64,000 nucleotides of DNA from Chloroflexota bacterium (lineage in GTDB: Bacteria > Chloroflexota > UBA11872 > VXOZ01). The notes under the pieces were generated by a model that was given only the letters and a program-made list of their open reading frames with translations, ran no database searches and had not been told where the DNA came from. Position 1 is the first letter of the stretch. Each line of letters starts with the position of its first letter. Location of the stretch: NCBI GenBank assembly GCA_963662335.2, contig CAXXVD010000003.1:160001-224000 (forward strand), read 5' to 3'. The position numbers and the translations under genes were made by a program. Below, one piece after another: positions 1 through 9,585 of the stretch.

Positions 1-471
1 GACGCCCAGCGAGTAGAACTCGTAGGTTTGCAGGTGGGTCTGCCGGTTGTCGGCTTTGTTGGCGGCGATGACGATGGGCTTGCGGGTGTGGCGCAGGAGC
101 GCGGCAATCTCGGCGTCCTGCGGCGTGATGCCGGCCGGTGTATCCACGACGAAGACGATGACGTTCGCTTCTGCAATGGCCGCTTGCACCTGCCCGTAGA
201 CGGATTCGGCCAACTCGTCGCGTTCCTCGGCAATGCCGCCGGTGTCGGTGAGGGTGAAGGCGCGGTCTTGCCACTCCGCCACGCCGTAGACGCGGTCGCG
301 GGTGGTACCGGGCTCGTCCTCCACCACGGCCTGGCGCCGCCCCAGCAGGCGGTTGAAGAGGCTCGACTTGCCCACGTTCGGCCGCCCAATGAGGGCGACG
401 ATGCCGCACGGCGCGGCGCGGGCGTCCGCGGACAGGGCCGCGGCGTCGGGTTGGTCGGGTGTCGTGCTCAT
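1..471 (-). CDS. der: Ribosome biogenesis GTPase Der/EngA (5' part; runs off the window)
   Basis: Manual minus-strand translation from ATG at 471: MSTTPDQ...IVALIGRPNVGKSSLFNRLLGRRQAVVEDEPGTTRDRVYG...LTDTGGI. These are the G1/G2/G3 motifs of the first Der G-domain. Not in the ORF track because it is truncated. Confidence 0.93.
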   Translation of the reverse strand, partial: MSTTPDQPDAAALSADARAAPCGIVALIGRPNVGKSSLFNRLLGRRQAVVEDEPGTTRDRVYGVAEWQDRAFTLTDTGGIAEERDELAESVYGQVQAAIAEANVIVFVVDTPAGITPQDAEIAALLRHTRKPIVIAANKADNRQTHLQTYEFYSLGV

Positions 472-713
472 GAGGGTGCTCTGCGTAGGCTGCTCGATTC
501 CGCGCGCTCCGCCCCGCGGCCGCTGATGAAGAGCCGCGATCGCGCCTATGCGCGCTGTGCCCGGTTGCTGGCTCTACGGTACTCCAGAAGCGAGGTAGTT
601 GTACACTGCGCAGGGCGCTCCGGAGAAAGATGCTGCCGCGCGGCCGCTGAAGCGCGCGTGGAGAACGAGAATCCTGCTAAGTACGTGAAAACAGCGAGTG
701 CGGTCACACTAAA

Positions 714-737
714 GTAGCGCGGGGGCTTGTCCCCCGC
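714..737 (+). repeat. REP-like palindrome family A (GTAGCGCGGGGGCTTGTCCCCCGC)
   Basis: GTAG tetranucleotide plus hairpin. Near-identical copies at 1980-2003, 3085-3108, 7833-7856, 21772-21795, 31380-31403, 37576-37599, 45919-45942, 49230-49253, 62154-62177 and 62231-62254, in both orientations. Confidence 0.9.
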
Positions 738-776
738 TTCCCGCGCAACGGCTGAACGGCGCCGGGGGCAAGGCGC

Positions 777-1637
777 TCAAGACGGAACCGCGTCGAGTTC
801 CTTCAGCCAGTCCACCACCTCGTGCACCGACCAATCGGGCGTGGACGCGCCGGCGGTGACGCCGACGTTCTCCGTGTTGGCAAACCAGGCGGGGTCCAGT
901 TCGGCGGCGGATTCGATGTGGTAGGTGGGCGTGTTCGCCTCGCGGCCAATCTCCGCCAGGTGGGTGGTATTGGCGCTGTTGCGGCCGCCCACGACGATCA
1001 TCACGTCCACCTGCGGCAGCACGTCGCGCGCGGCGGCCTGCTGTTTGGTGGTGGCAAAGCAGAGCGTATTGACCACGTGCACTTCCAGCGCGTCCTCCAG
1101 CGCCAAGTCCATCAAGCGGCGCGCTACGGCTTGGAAGCGTTCCACCGTCTGCGTGGTCTGCGAAACCAGGCAAATCTTGCGGCGCAGGCGCACCTCATCC
1201 AGTTCCGCGGCGCTCGCCACGGCTACGCCCCGGCCGGCCGACCAGCCCAGAATACCGCGCACTTCCTTATGCGTGGGGTCGCCAAATATCAGGATCTGAT
1301 AGCCGCGCTCGGCGTGCTCCTGCACGATGCGGTGCACCTTGGAGACGATCGGGCAGGTGGCGTCCAGGAGCGCCAGGTTGTGGTCGGCGATCTCTTCAGT
1401 GACTGCCTGGCCGGTACCGTGGGCGGTGATGGTGGCAACGCCGTCTTGCGGGATGCTCTCCATGTCCGCGACCACCTCGATGCCGTCCTGCTTGAGCCGC
1501 TCGATCACGGACGGGTTGTGCACAAGCTGTCCCAGCGTGTAGAGCCCGCCCTGCTCTTTGGCGGCCGCCTGGGTCATCTCGATCGCGCGCTTGACGCCGT
1601 AGCAAAACCCCATCTCTTGCGCCAGGATGATGTTCAT
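777..1637 (-). CDS. ispH: 4-hydroxy-3-methylbut-2-enyl diphosphate reductase
   Basis: GFCYGVKRA, DATCP, NTLC, GGRNSANT and GVTAGASTP motifs, including the three Fe-S cysteines. Confidence 0.97.
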   Translation of the reverse strand: MNIILAQEMGFCYGVKRAIEMTQAAAKEQGGLYTLGQLVHNPSVIERLKQDGIEVVADMESIPQDGVATITAHGTGQAVTEEIADHNLALLDATCPIVSKVHRIVQEHAERGYQILIFGDPTHKEVRGILGWSAGRGVAVASAAELDEVRLRRKICLVSQTTQTVERFQAVARRLMDLALEDALEVHVVNTLCFATTKQQAAARDVLPQVDVMIVVGGRNSANTTHLAEIGREANTPTYHIESAAELDPAWFANTENVGVTAGASTPDWSVHEVVDWLKELDAVPS

Positions 1638-1801
1638 CGCAGTCCCTCTGCATGTAGCTGATTCTGCCTTAATTGTAGCGGATTGGAGGCGGCGGGAACA
1701 ATGCGCCGGGTTGCGGGGAGCGTTAGACCGTCACTCCTGTCATGCCTGCGCTGTTTGTGATTGTCATTCCCAACGGATCGGAGCGCGAAGATCTGACCGC
1801 T

Positions 1802-1975
1802 TGTCATTCCGAACGGAGCGCAGCGGAGTGAGGAATCTAGGGCGCAGCGGTATGCGGTCGGCTGCGGTATGGACGCTAGATTCCTCGCTGCGCTCGGAAT
1901 GACACGCAGAGGGTGCTCGGAATGACGCGCCGGGGGCGCTCGGAATGGCAGTCAAGGTTGCGCTTGGAAGGGCAG
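1802..1975. repeat. Palindromic repeat family D (TGTCATTCCGA...GAGGAATCT / AGATTCCTCGCTGCGCTCGGAATGACA) with trailing 23-bp tandem units
   Basis: Inverted arms at 1802-1838 and 1878-1904. GCTCGGAATGAC-like units recur at 1892, 1915, 1938 and 1962. Confidence 0.85.
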
Positions 1976-2048
1976 AACCGTAGCGCGGGGGCTTGTCCCC
2001 CGCTCTTTGGCGAGGGACGCGCACGTCCTCTTTGCCAAGGCGCTTAGT

Positions 2049-2774
2049 TCAGGCGGGCGCATTCCCCTCGTCCAGCAGGGCGACGACCCGCTGCCGCAGC
2101 GATTCCGCGATGGCGTCCGCCTCGTCGCCGCTGAGTTTCTTGCCGTAGTGCTCGTGGAGTTCAATGGGTTCGTCGAAGGTCACGCTGATTCCCACCCGCG
2201 GACGCGGAATCGCGCTGCCGCGCGGCAGGGCCTTTTCGGTATTGCGGATGGCGGTGAGCACGATCGGCACCCGTTGGCGCACGGCGATGCGCACGAAACC
2301 GGCGTTGAACGGGCCGACCGCGCCCGTGCGGCTGCGGGTGCCCTCGGGAAAGAGCACCACCGCCTCGCCCTGCTTGAGCAACTGCATGAGCAGGCGCACG
2401 CTGCGCACGTCGGCGGTCTGGCGGATGATTGGGTAGGTGCTCCAGCGGGGCAGCAGCACCCGCAGCAGCCAAATGCGGAAGAGTTCCACCTTGGCCATGA
2501 ACGAGAGCGCGCGGTGCGGGCAGGCCACGCCGACGGCAAACGGATCGAGATTGTTGCGGTGGTTGCAGATGATGAGCAACGGCCCGCTGCGCGGCGGCTT
2601 GCTCCCCCGCACGCGCAGGCCCAGGTAGAGATGGAAGAGCGGCAGCAGCGCCAGGCCGCCGACCACGAAGTACCAGAACCAATTCCGCTTGTTGCGGTGG
2701 CTGCGCTGATACGCCACGTCGGCCGCGGTTATCTGCGAGGGGTCCAAACGCGGTTCGATGCTTGCTTGCCCCAC
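2049..2774 (-). CDS. plsC: 1-acyl-sn-glycerol-3-phosphate acyltransferase
   Basis: NHRNNLD (HX4D) and FPEGTRS motifs. The plsC-ispH-der order is typical. Confidence 0.9.
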   Translation of the reverse strand: MGQASIEPRLDPSQITAADVAYQRSHRNKRNWFWYFVVGGLALLPLFHLYLGLRVRGSKPPRSGPLLIICNHRNNLDPFAVGVACPHRALSFMAKVELFRIWLLRVLLPRWSTYPIIRQTADVRSVRLLMQLLKQGEAVVLFPEGTRSRTGAVGPFNAGFVRIAVRQRVPIVLTAIRNTEKALPRGSAIPRPRVGISVTFDEPIELHEHYGKKLSGDEADAIAESLRQRVVALLDEGNAPA

Positions 2775-3212
2775 GTGCGTCTCTCCCGTTGGCGGCGGCG
2801 CGCTCGCTTGCCCGCGCGCCCGTATCTGTCAAGGATACCCAAACGTGCGGCTGGCGGCTAGCGTTCACTGCGCATCCGGCGCGCGCGCGTCCACTGGTAG
2901 CGGCAGCCGCTTCTCACAGTTGCCAGAGAGAGGCTGCGTCCATGGTGAAAGAAGGCGTTACGGTAACGCTGTCGCATGAAACGTAATGGCAATGAGTACC
3001 ACTTGTCACGTCTCCGTTAACGCAGGATTGCAGCCTGAAAAGTTGGCGGGACAATCCTCATTCGTGTCCTTTTCTCTTGCTCCGGCGGGGGACAAGCCCC
3101 CGCGCTACACTAATGCGACAGCACAACGTGTTTACGGCGGCTATACCGCGTGCTACGCTGAAAGCCGGACTCAGAATGCCGCTACGCGAGTCCCATAACG
3201 AGGAGCAAATGG

Positions 3213-3512
3213 ATGTTCACCCTTACGGAAGCCGCCGCGCGCCGCATCAAGGCGCAGATGGCAGCGGAAGGCGAGGGCGAGATGTACTTGCGGGTGTTCG
3301 TGCGCCCCGGCGCGGAGGGCATGCAGTTCGGCATGTCCAGCGAGGAGCAACCCGGCAAGAACGACGAGGTCAGCGACCAGCACGGCCTGAACGTGCTGGT
3401 GGACAAACTCAGCCTGCGCACCCTCGACGGCGTGGTGCTGAGCCTCACGGCAGACGGCGGCTTCAGCCTCGGCAAGCCGGACGCCGCAGAGACGGAATCC
3501 GCCGAGGCGTGA
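3213..3512 (+). CDS. HesB/IscA-family protein lacking cysteines
   Basis: MFTLTEAAARRIK...LRVFVRPG...GMQFGM...LVDKLSLRTLDG follows the A-type carrier pattern. RBS GAGGAG upstream. No Cys in the protein. Confidence 0.75.
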   Translation: MFTLTEAAARRIKAQMAAEGEGEMYLRVFVRPGAEGMQFGMSSEEQPGKNDEVSDQHGLNVLVDKLSLRTLDGVVLSLTADGGFSLGKPDAAETESAEA

Positions 3513-3712
3513 GCGGTTCGTTCATTACCTTGACAAGCCTCTGTTAAATCGTGCCGGGTTCCACCGGTTCGACAAAATGCAGCGGTGGTCGTACCTGACG
3601 TAGCGTACTCCAATGGTGTCCCGCTGACGCGGACCAAGGCATCCCCAACAACATCGTGGGTGGGATATATCATTGAACAGGTCAACTTGCCACATTGAGG
3701 AGAACGGTTGTA

Positions 3713-6700
3713 ATGCGTAGGCCTACCGTCTTTGGTGTACTTGCGCTACTGCTTGCCCTCGCCGCTATAGTGCTGTCCGGGTGCAACGGTCATCCTGATC
3801 CTCGACCCCCCAGGGTCTTCCAGCCCGGGGACGTGTTTTGGAGTTACCGGCACGCGAGCAAAGCGGTAGAGTCTCCGCCGGTCGTTGTGGATGGCGTGGC
3901 CTACGGCGGTTTTGCCGGCGGTGTCTATGCGCTGGAGACCGACTCTGGCAAGCTTCTATGGCACCTGTACCTTGACCGTAGTGTGAGATATCCTCCCGTG
4001 GTAGCTGGTGGCGTGGTCTATGTCGGCTATGACTATGGTGGCGTGCATGCGTTAAGCGCTGCGACCGGTGATATCTTGTGGCAATTCAAATTGAAAGGGG
4101 AAATGAGGGAGCCTCTGGAACTGGTCGAAGGCGTATTGTTCGTACGTTCCTGGAAGAACCGCAGGGATGAGGAACTGTACGCCCTCGACGCCGCGACGGG
4201 AGAGTTGATTTGGGATGCAAGTGAGTACAAGCTTCACTTTCCAGTGAAGATAGAAGATGGCGTAGTTCTCAATGAATCCTGGGTCGATGATCGCCTCCGA
4301 TACGTGCTTGCATTCGAGGCTGCTACCGGGGAACTTCTGTGGCGCACCGATTTAGAGCGCGATCTCGGTGAGACTACAACGGTGGCTGATGGCGCGGCAT
4401 ACATCGGCGTCTGGGGCACTAGCGTCTATTCCTTGAGCCTCCCTACCGGCGAGCTATCGTGGCGCTTCCCGTTAGATAATGCAATTTGGGGCCCGCCGGT
4501 TCGGGTTGATGGTTCTATCATCTTTCGTACAGATGACGGGCAAGTCTTCGCCCTGGACGCCACGAGCGGCAAACTCCGCTGGCGCTTTCAAGCAAGTGAC
4601 AAGATATATAGGCACCCAGTAGCTGGTCGAGGCTTGGTCTATGTTTTTTCAGAAGACAATAATCTCTACGCCCTGGATGCGGCGAGCGGAGAGCTCCGCT
4701 GGCACTTTCGCACAAGTTCAAGTTTGACTTCGTCTCCCGCGATAGTTGAAGGCGTAGTCTACGTCTTCACTCACTATTCGGACATGTACGCTCTGGATGA
4801 AGCAACGGGCGAGCTTGTCTGGCACTACAAGACAGAAGATTGGGTGGAAGTGCCTCCAGTAGTAGTTGACGGTACGGTCTTTATTAGACCGTCCGCCGGA
4901 CACATCGTAGCGCTCGACGCCGTGAGCGGCGAGTTTCTGCGCAGATTCGAAGCAGGCATGTACCTAGCGGCGTTCACCGTTGTCGACAGCACCGTCTACA
5001 TAGGTCTAAATGGCGGCTATATTGGGGCATTCGACACTACTTCCGGTGAACGGCTTTGGCGCTTCCACACCGATGTTACGAGAACTGCTTACCCGGCCGT
5101 GAACGACAGCGTGCTCTACGTCGCCTTGGGCACCGACCATATTTATGCGCTCAATGGCGCGAACGGAGAGTTTTTTTGGCTCTATCAGACCGATGGCAAG
5201 GTTCTGGCCTCTCCGGTGGAGGCAGACGGCACGGTCTACGCTACCTCGGAGGATGGACGACTCTACGCGCTGGATGCGGTGACCAAAGAGTTGAAGTGGA
5301 GCTATCAGACGGACGGCGGCATCGTTTCCTCACCGGCGGTGGCTGACGGGCTGGCCTTTGCCGGTGCCACCAGTGGGTCTGTCTATGCGCTCGATGCCGC
5401 CAGTGGCGCGCTGCGCTGGCGTTTCCAGGCCGGGGGTGAAGTGCGGTCTGCTCCGGTGGCGGCCGGTGGCGTGGTTGCGGTAGTCTCGCGCGACGGCTAC
5501 GTGTACGGGCTGGATGCCGACACCGGTGAGCAACTGTGGCGCTTCCAAAGCGGCTACTTCGTGGAATCATCGCCGGCGATGGCGGACGGCGCGGTCTACG
5601 TGGGATCGGATGACGGCTATCTTTACGCCCTGGATGGTGAGAGCGGCAAACTGCTGTGGCGCTATGCAACAGGGGGAGAAGCTTGGGGCTCTCCGGCGGT
5701 GGTCGCCGGCGCCGTGTACGCCGGTGCAGACGATGGCTTCGTGTACGCGCTGGATGCCAGGAATGGGGAGTTGCTCTGGCGCGCTGAGACAGGCGACTTC
5801 GTGCAGCAAGCGCCAGCCATGGGTGGCGGCGTCGTGTACGCGGGGTCGGAAGATGGCTACGTCTACGGCCTGAGCGCCGAAAGTGGGGATCTTCTGTGGT
5901 GGTCCCAGATTGATAGCGCGGTGCGGGACTCCCCCGTAGTCAGGGACGGCAGAGCCTACGTGGCTTCCGAGAGCGGAACCGCCTATGCGTTGTTCCTTAA
6001 CGAACCCGAACCGCAGGTTCAGCCGGAAGGCAAGCTCATTTGGCGCTACCAGACGCGCAACAATGTCGCTTCCTCGCCGGCAGTGGCAAATGGCGCGGTC
6101 TACTTCAGTTCTTTCGATCGCTACCTGTACGCCTTGAACACTGCCTCCGGCGATTTCCTCTGGCGATATGAGATTGGGTCGTATCTGCATTCCTCGCCGA
6201 CGGTAGCAAACGGTGTGGTATTCATAGGCTCGCACGAGGGCTACGTTTACGCCTTCGACGCCGTGACCGGCGACCTTAGATGGCGCTATGCAACGGAAGG
6301 CGAAGTGTCTGAACCTCCCACCGTGGTCAGGGGCGTCGTGTACGTTGGCTCGGAAGATCGCCACGTCTATGCGCTGGACGCCGCAAGTGGCGAGCCCATC
6401 TGGAACTTCCAGACCGGCGGCCCTGTGTTTTCCTCCGCTGTGGTTTCGCAGGGCGTGGTCTACGTCGGCTCAGGTGACGGCTATTTGTACGCCCTAGACG
6501 CCGCGACCGGCAAACTCCGCTGGCGCTTCAAAACGGGTGACACAATCTACTACTCCCCGGCAGTCACGGGCGGTGTGGTCTATGTAGGCTCCAGCGACCG
6601 TTACCTGTATGCCCTCGATGCCAAGAGCGGTGAACTCATTTGGTGGTCTGGGAACTACTCCCATGACAGCTACGGGGGCCTCGGCCCTGCGGTGGTTGAT

Positions 6701-6994
6701 GGTGCGGTATTTGCGAAGTTAGCCGATCGCTACTTGCATGTCGTTGACGCCCTTTCCGGTGAGTTCCGCTGGCGCTTTCGAGCCGGTGGCGGCATTACTG
6801 CCCCAGAAGTGGTAGACGGCGTGGTCTATTTTGGGTCATATGACGGCTATGTCAATGCCCTCGTCACAGATTCCGGTGAATTCCTCTGGCGCTACAAGAC
6901 AGACGGTTCTGTTCAGTCTTCCCCAACAGTAGTTGACGGCGTGGTCTACGTCGGCTCCGAAGATGGCTACCTCTACGCACTAGAGGCCCGTTAG
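3713..6994 (+). CDS. PQQ-like beta-propeller repeat lipoprotein (about 26 repeats)
   Basis: Lipobox-like AIVLSGC followed by repeated SSPAVxxGxVYVGSxDGxLYALDAxTGxLxWxFxT units. ATG 3713 follows RBS GAGGAG. Confidence 0.9.
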   Translation: MRRPTVFGVLALLLALAAIVLSGCNGHPDPRPPRVFQPGDVFWSYRHASKAVESPPVVVDGVAYGGFAGGVYALETDSGKLLWHLYLDRSVRYPPVVAGGVVYVGYDYGGVHALSAATGDILWQFKLKGEMREPLELVEGVLFVRSWKNRRDEELYALDAATGELIWDASEYKLHFPVKIEDGVVLNESWVDDRLRYVLAFEAATGELLWRTDLERDLGETTTVADGAAYIGVWGTSVYSLSLPTGELSWRFPLDNAIWGPPVRVDGSIIFRTDDGQVFALDATSGKLRWRFQASDKIYRHPVAGRGLVYVFSEDNNLYALDAASGELRWHFRTSSSLTSSPAIVEGVVYVFTHYSDMYALDEATGELVWHYKTEDWVEVPPVVVDGTVFIRPSAGHIVALDAVSGEFLRRFEAGMYLAAFTVVDSTVYIGLNGGYIGAFDTTSGERLWRFHTDVTRTAYPAVNDSVLYVALGTDHIYALNGANGEFFWLYQTDGKVLASPVEADGTVYATSEDGRLYALDAVTKELKWSYQTDGGIVSSPAVADGLAFAGATSGSVYALDAASGALRWRFQAGGEVRSAPVAAGGVVAVVSRDGYVYGLDADTGEQLWRFQSGYFVESSPAMADGAVYVGSDDGYLYALDGESGKLLWRYATGGEAWGSPAVVAGAVYAGADDGFVYALDARNGELLWRAETGDFVQQAPAMGGGVVYAGSEDGYVYGLSAESGDLLWWSQIDSAVRDSPVVRDGRAYVASESGTAYALFLNEPEPQVQPEGKLIWRYQTRNNVASSPAVANGAVYFSSFDRYLYALNTASGDFLWRYEIGSYLHSSPTVANGVVFIGSHEGYVYAFDAVTGDLRWRYATEGEVSEPPTVVRGVVYVGSEDRHVYALDAASGEPIWNFQTGGPVFSSAVVSQGVVYVGSGDGYLYALDAATGKLRWRFKTGDTIYYSPAVTGGVVYVGSSDRYLYALDAKSGELIWWSGNYSHDSYGGLGPAVVDGAVFAKLADRYLHVVDALSGEFRWRFRAGGGITAPEVVDGVVYFGSYDGYVNALVTDSGEFLWRYKTDGSVQSSPTVVDGVVYVGSEDGYLYALEAR

Positions 6995-7346
6995 GCAGAG
7001 TCCGGCACTGGGTGGGGCGGAAGTCGCCCCAATACTATGTTGCCTGACGAAGCGGTTCGTTTTGGTGGGCGTTGATACGTCAGCCAGCGGCAAGAGTCGA
7101 GTTGCAACCCTAGGAATGAAGCGCGGGCGGCGCGTTTGTATGCCCGTCGCATTCGCTAATAGCCGCAGCCGAGTCCCGGTTCACGCCTCGTTCTTTCAAA
7201 GTGGGTCGAATCGTTGAGGCGTATCCGTTGCCGGGAGACTGCGGCGCGGCCAGTATGCGCATACTGTAGTGGACTACCGCGCATACTGGCACGGATTGTC
7301 CTGAGGACACCCGTTGCTGCGGTATAATATAAGGGAATCGCCTTCT

Positions 7347-7432
7347 GGAGGGGTGTCCGAGTGGTTTATGGAGATGGTCTTGAAAACCATTGACCGAAAG
7401 GTCCGGGGGTTCGAATCCCTCCCCCTCCGCCA
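7347..7432 (+). tRNA. tRNA-Ser (anticodon TGA)
   Basis: GGAGGGG acceptor stem, ATGGT-CT TGA AA-ACCAT anticodon arm, long variable arm, GTTCGAATC T-loop and a CCA end. TATAAT at 7323-7328 upstream. Confidence 0.97.
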
Positions 7433-7553
7433 GTGTGCGCGTGTGAGGCGCCGGCCGGTCGCGCGGCGCCGCTTGCGTAGTAGGGTATAATAGAAGCAAC
7501 TCCGCGCGTCGCCCGATTGCCACAGGCAGTTTGGCGGACTCGCCGGAGCGCAG

Positions 7554-7647
7554 GGAGGGGTCGCATAGATGGTCTAGTGCGGTCGCCTGCTAAGCGATTG
7601 TGGGGTTAATAGCTCCACCGAGGGTTCGAATCCCTCCCCCTCCGCCA
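7554..7647 (+). tRNA. tRNA-Ser (anticodon GCT)
   Basis: GTCGC-CT GCT AA-GCGAT anticodon arm, long variable arm, GTTCGAATC and a CCA end. Confidence 0.97.
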
Positions 7648-7656
7648 CGGAAACAA

Positions 7657-7708
7657 GATAAAGAGGACGGCGCGAACTCCCTGGAGTTCGCGCCGTCCTC
7701 TTCTTATC
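7657..7708. terminator. Strong hairpin downstream of the tRNAs (likely bidirectional terminator)
   Basis: AAGAGGACGGCGCGAACTCC-CT-GGAGTTCGCGCCGTCCTCTT perfect stem, lying between convergent units. Confidence 0.75.
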
Positions 7709-7735
7709 GTGCCGCATACCGTGGGGCCGCGGTCG

Positions 7736-7759
7736 GTAGCGCAGGTTTGCAACCTGCGC
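7736..7759 (+). repeat. REP-like palindrome family B (GTAGCGCAGGTTTGCAACCTGCGC)
   Basis: Further copies at 52003-52026 and 62193-62216 (inverted). Degenerate copies near 21705 and 31313. Confidence 0.8.
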
Positions 7760-7873
7760 CTGCTGGAAGGCCCTAGCCACTTTTCCTTACATGCGGAAAT
7801 GTCGGCAAGTGCGCCCCGCGCCGTTTGCTCCTGCGGGGGACAAGCCCCCGCGCTACGGTGAAGCGGCCACGCG

Positions 7874-9301
7874 CTACGAAACCGCCGTGCGCACGGCGCG
7901 TTCGATTTCCGGCATCATATCCGCCACCGGCCGTGCGCCGGAGATAGCCTGGCGCAGCGGCTGGGCCAGATTGCGGGCCAGCGCCTGGCGGCCCACCACC
8001 GGCGACGGGCTTTCCTGGTCCAGCAGATCCAGGTACTCCATGTACGTGGGGGTGAAGCTGGTCACCAGTTTGGCCATGGGGTACTTCCACTGGGGCTTGA
8101 ACGGCAGCGTCAAGCCGGTGCCGCCCAGGTAGTCTTGCAGCGTTTCCCGCGTGTAGAGGAACGTGAGCAAGTCCCAGCCGGAGGTCGGATTGCCGGCCGC
8201 GGCCGGAATGGCGATCTGGTTCGACCAGACCTGGGTCGCGCCCGCGCTGCCGCTGGGCCCTTTGGGCAGGGGCAGCCAGTGGAATTGCAGGTCCGGCGCT
8301 TGTTGCGCCGAGTGCACGCGCACGGCGTGATTGATCGCGTCGGCGTTCACCACCGCCATGGAGGCGCGGCCCTGCACGAAGAGGTTTGCCGAGTTCACGT
8401 AGGGCGACGGGTCGCCGCTCACCTTATCCTCGGTGACCAAGTCCGCCAGGAACTGGAGCGTCGCTTGGGCGTCCGGGTTATTCACCACCACGTTGCCGCC
8501 GTCGGCGTTGCCCTGGAAGAAGCCGGTGTTGTTGCTGTAGAGCCAGGTAAGGACTTGCAGCCAGTCGGCGCTCACGTGCATGCCCGGCCGCTGCACCCGG
8601 TCGCCCTGGCGCTGGGTGAGGGCGAGGGCGGTTTCCCGCAGGTTGTCCCAGCCCCATTGCTTGAAGGCTTCCACGTCCACGGACAGGCCCGCCTCTTCCA
8701 CGTGCTTGGCGTTGATTGCCAGGCCGATGGCTTGCGGGTCGTCGTAGGGGATCGCGTAGGTCTTTTCGTTCACGACGGCGTAGGGCAGCACGCCCTGGAC
8801 GAATTGCTGCAACTTGACGGTGCGGGGCCACTCCAGGTTCGGGGTGAGGTCCTGCACCAGCGAGGCCTCCGCCCAGCTTGGCAGCGCGCCCATGGGCACG
8901 TGCACGGCGTCCGGCGCGCCGTCGCCGGCGGCGGTCGCCTGCGCCAGCCGGCTCTCCACCGCGCGTTGGCTGCCCAGGAAGACCGGTTCCAGCGTGTTGC
9001 CCGTGCGGGCGGCGAAGAGGTCGTGGACGTCCGTCAGCCACTGCTGGGTAGGACCGCTGGCCCAGGTCCAGAAGGTGACGAGTCCGGGCCGGCGAATGAT
9101 GGGAATCGGCCCCTGCACCGGCGTCGGCGTGATGGGAATGATCGGCGTTGGCGTGGGGACGCACGGGCCGTCGCAGCGGCGGCGGTTCAGGCCGCTGCAC
9201 GCCGAGCCGAGCGCGGCCGCGGCCGCGCCAAGGCCCAGCGCGCCCAGGCTGCGCAGCACGCTGCGCCGCGAGTGGCCGGTGTGAGTCGTTGTATCGTCCA
9301 T
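7874..9301 (-). CDS. Extracellular solute-binding protein (family 1, sugar ABC), Tat lipoprotein
   Basis: SRRSVLRSLG twin-arginine signal plus ALGSAC; APDAV, YAIPYD and FVQGRASM motifs. GGAGG RBS spacing favours ATG 9301. Confidence 0.85.
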   Translation of the reverse strand: MDDTTTHTGHSRRSVLRSLGALGLGAAAAALGSACSGLNRRRCDGPCVPTPTPIIPITPTPVQGPIPIIRRPGLVTFWTWASGPTQQWLTDVHDLFAARTGNTLEPVFLGSQRAVESRLAQATAAGDGAPDAVHVPMGALPSWAEASLVQDLTPNLEWPRTVKLQQFVQGVLPYAVVNEKTYAIPYDDPQAIGLAINAKHVEEAGLSVDVEAFKQWGWDNLRETALALTQRQGDRVQRPGMHVSADWLQVLTWLYSNNTGFFQGNADGGNVVVNNPDAQATLQFLADLVTEDKVSGDPSPYVNSANLFVQGRASMAVVNADAINHAVRVHSAQQAPDLQFHWLPLPKGPSGSAGATQVWSNQIAIPAAAGNPTSGWDLLTFLYTRETLQDYLGGTGLTLPFKPQWKYPMAKLVTSFTPTYMEYLDLLDQESPSPVVGRQALARNLAQPLRQAISGARPVADMMPEIERAVRTAVS

Positions 9302-9585
9302 TATGCGCATACCTCCGTCCTTGCAGGCGCGGCGGGCGGCGCCGCGCATACCGTGCTCGTGTTTGAAAGTGGCAAAGATTACCTACGCGAATGGCATACT
9401 CTACCTATTCCTACACAGTCTACGCTCTTTCGCGAAGTTTCGCTACCCGCTGGCCCCATTCGCCGCGCGGTTTTGGGGGAAATCCTTTCTTAGGAACTTC
9501 TTAGCCGGAAACGATACGCTGCCAATGCCGCTGTGCTACGATGAAGTCAAGTCATCTTACCACAGCACTGAGGGGGAAAGTATCA

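Noticed and set aside
28-717. Long antisense or alternative-frame ORFs (e.g. 28-717, 8135-9493, 11192-12886, 28415-30082, 32864-34486, 40944-42446)
   Set aside because: They are shadow ORFs opposite well-supported genes in high-GC DNA and carry no recognisable motifs.
7347-7432. tRNA-Sec / selenocysteine system (TGA in the anticodon loop, SelA-like gene in the window)
   Set aside because: Anticodon TGA reads UCA (Ser), whereas tRNA-Sec has TCA. The SelA-like protein is the short DgaE type, and there is no selB or selD.
7407-7647. att-site duplication of a tRNA 3' end (identical GGGTTCGAATCCCTCCCCCTCCGCCA)
   Set aside because: Both copies belong to complete tRNA-Ser genes, and no integrase or third copy was seen in the window.
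9311-9585. Moco riboswitch upstream of the molybdoenzyme
   Set aside because: Only a weak hairpin is visible and I could not identify the conserved riboswitch elements. An Rfam/Infernal scan would be needed.
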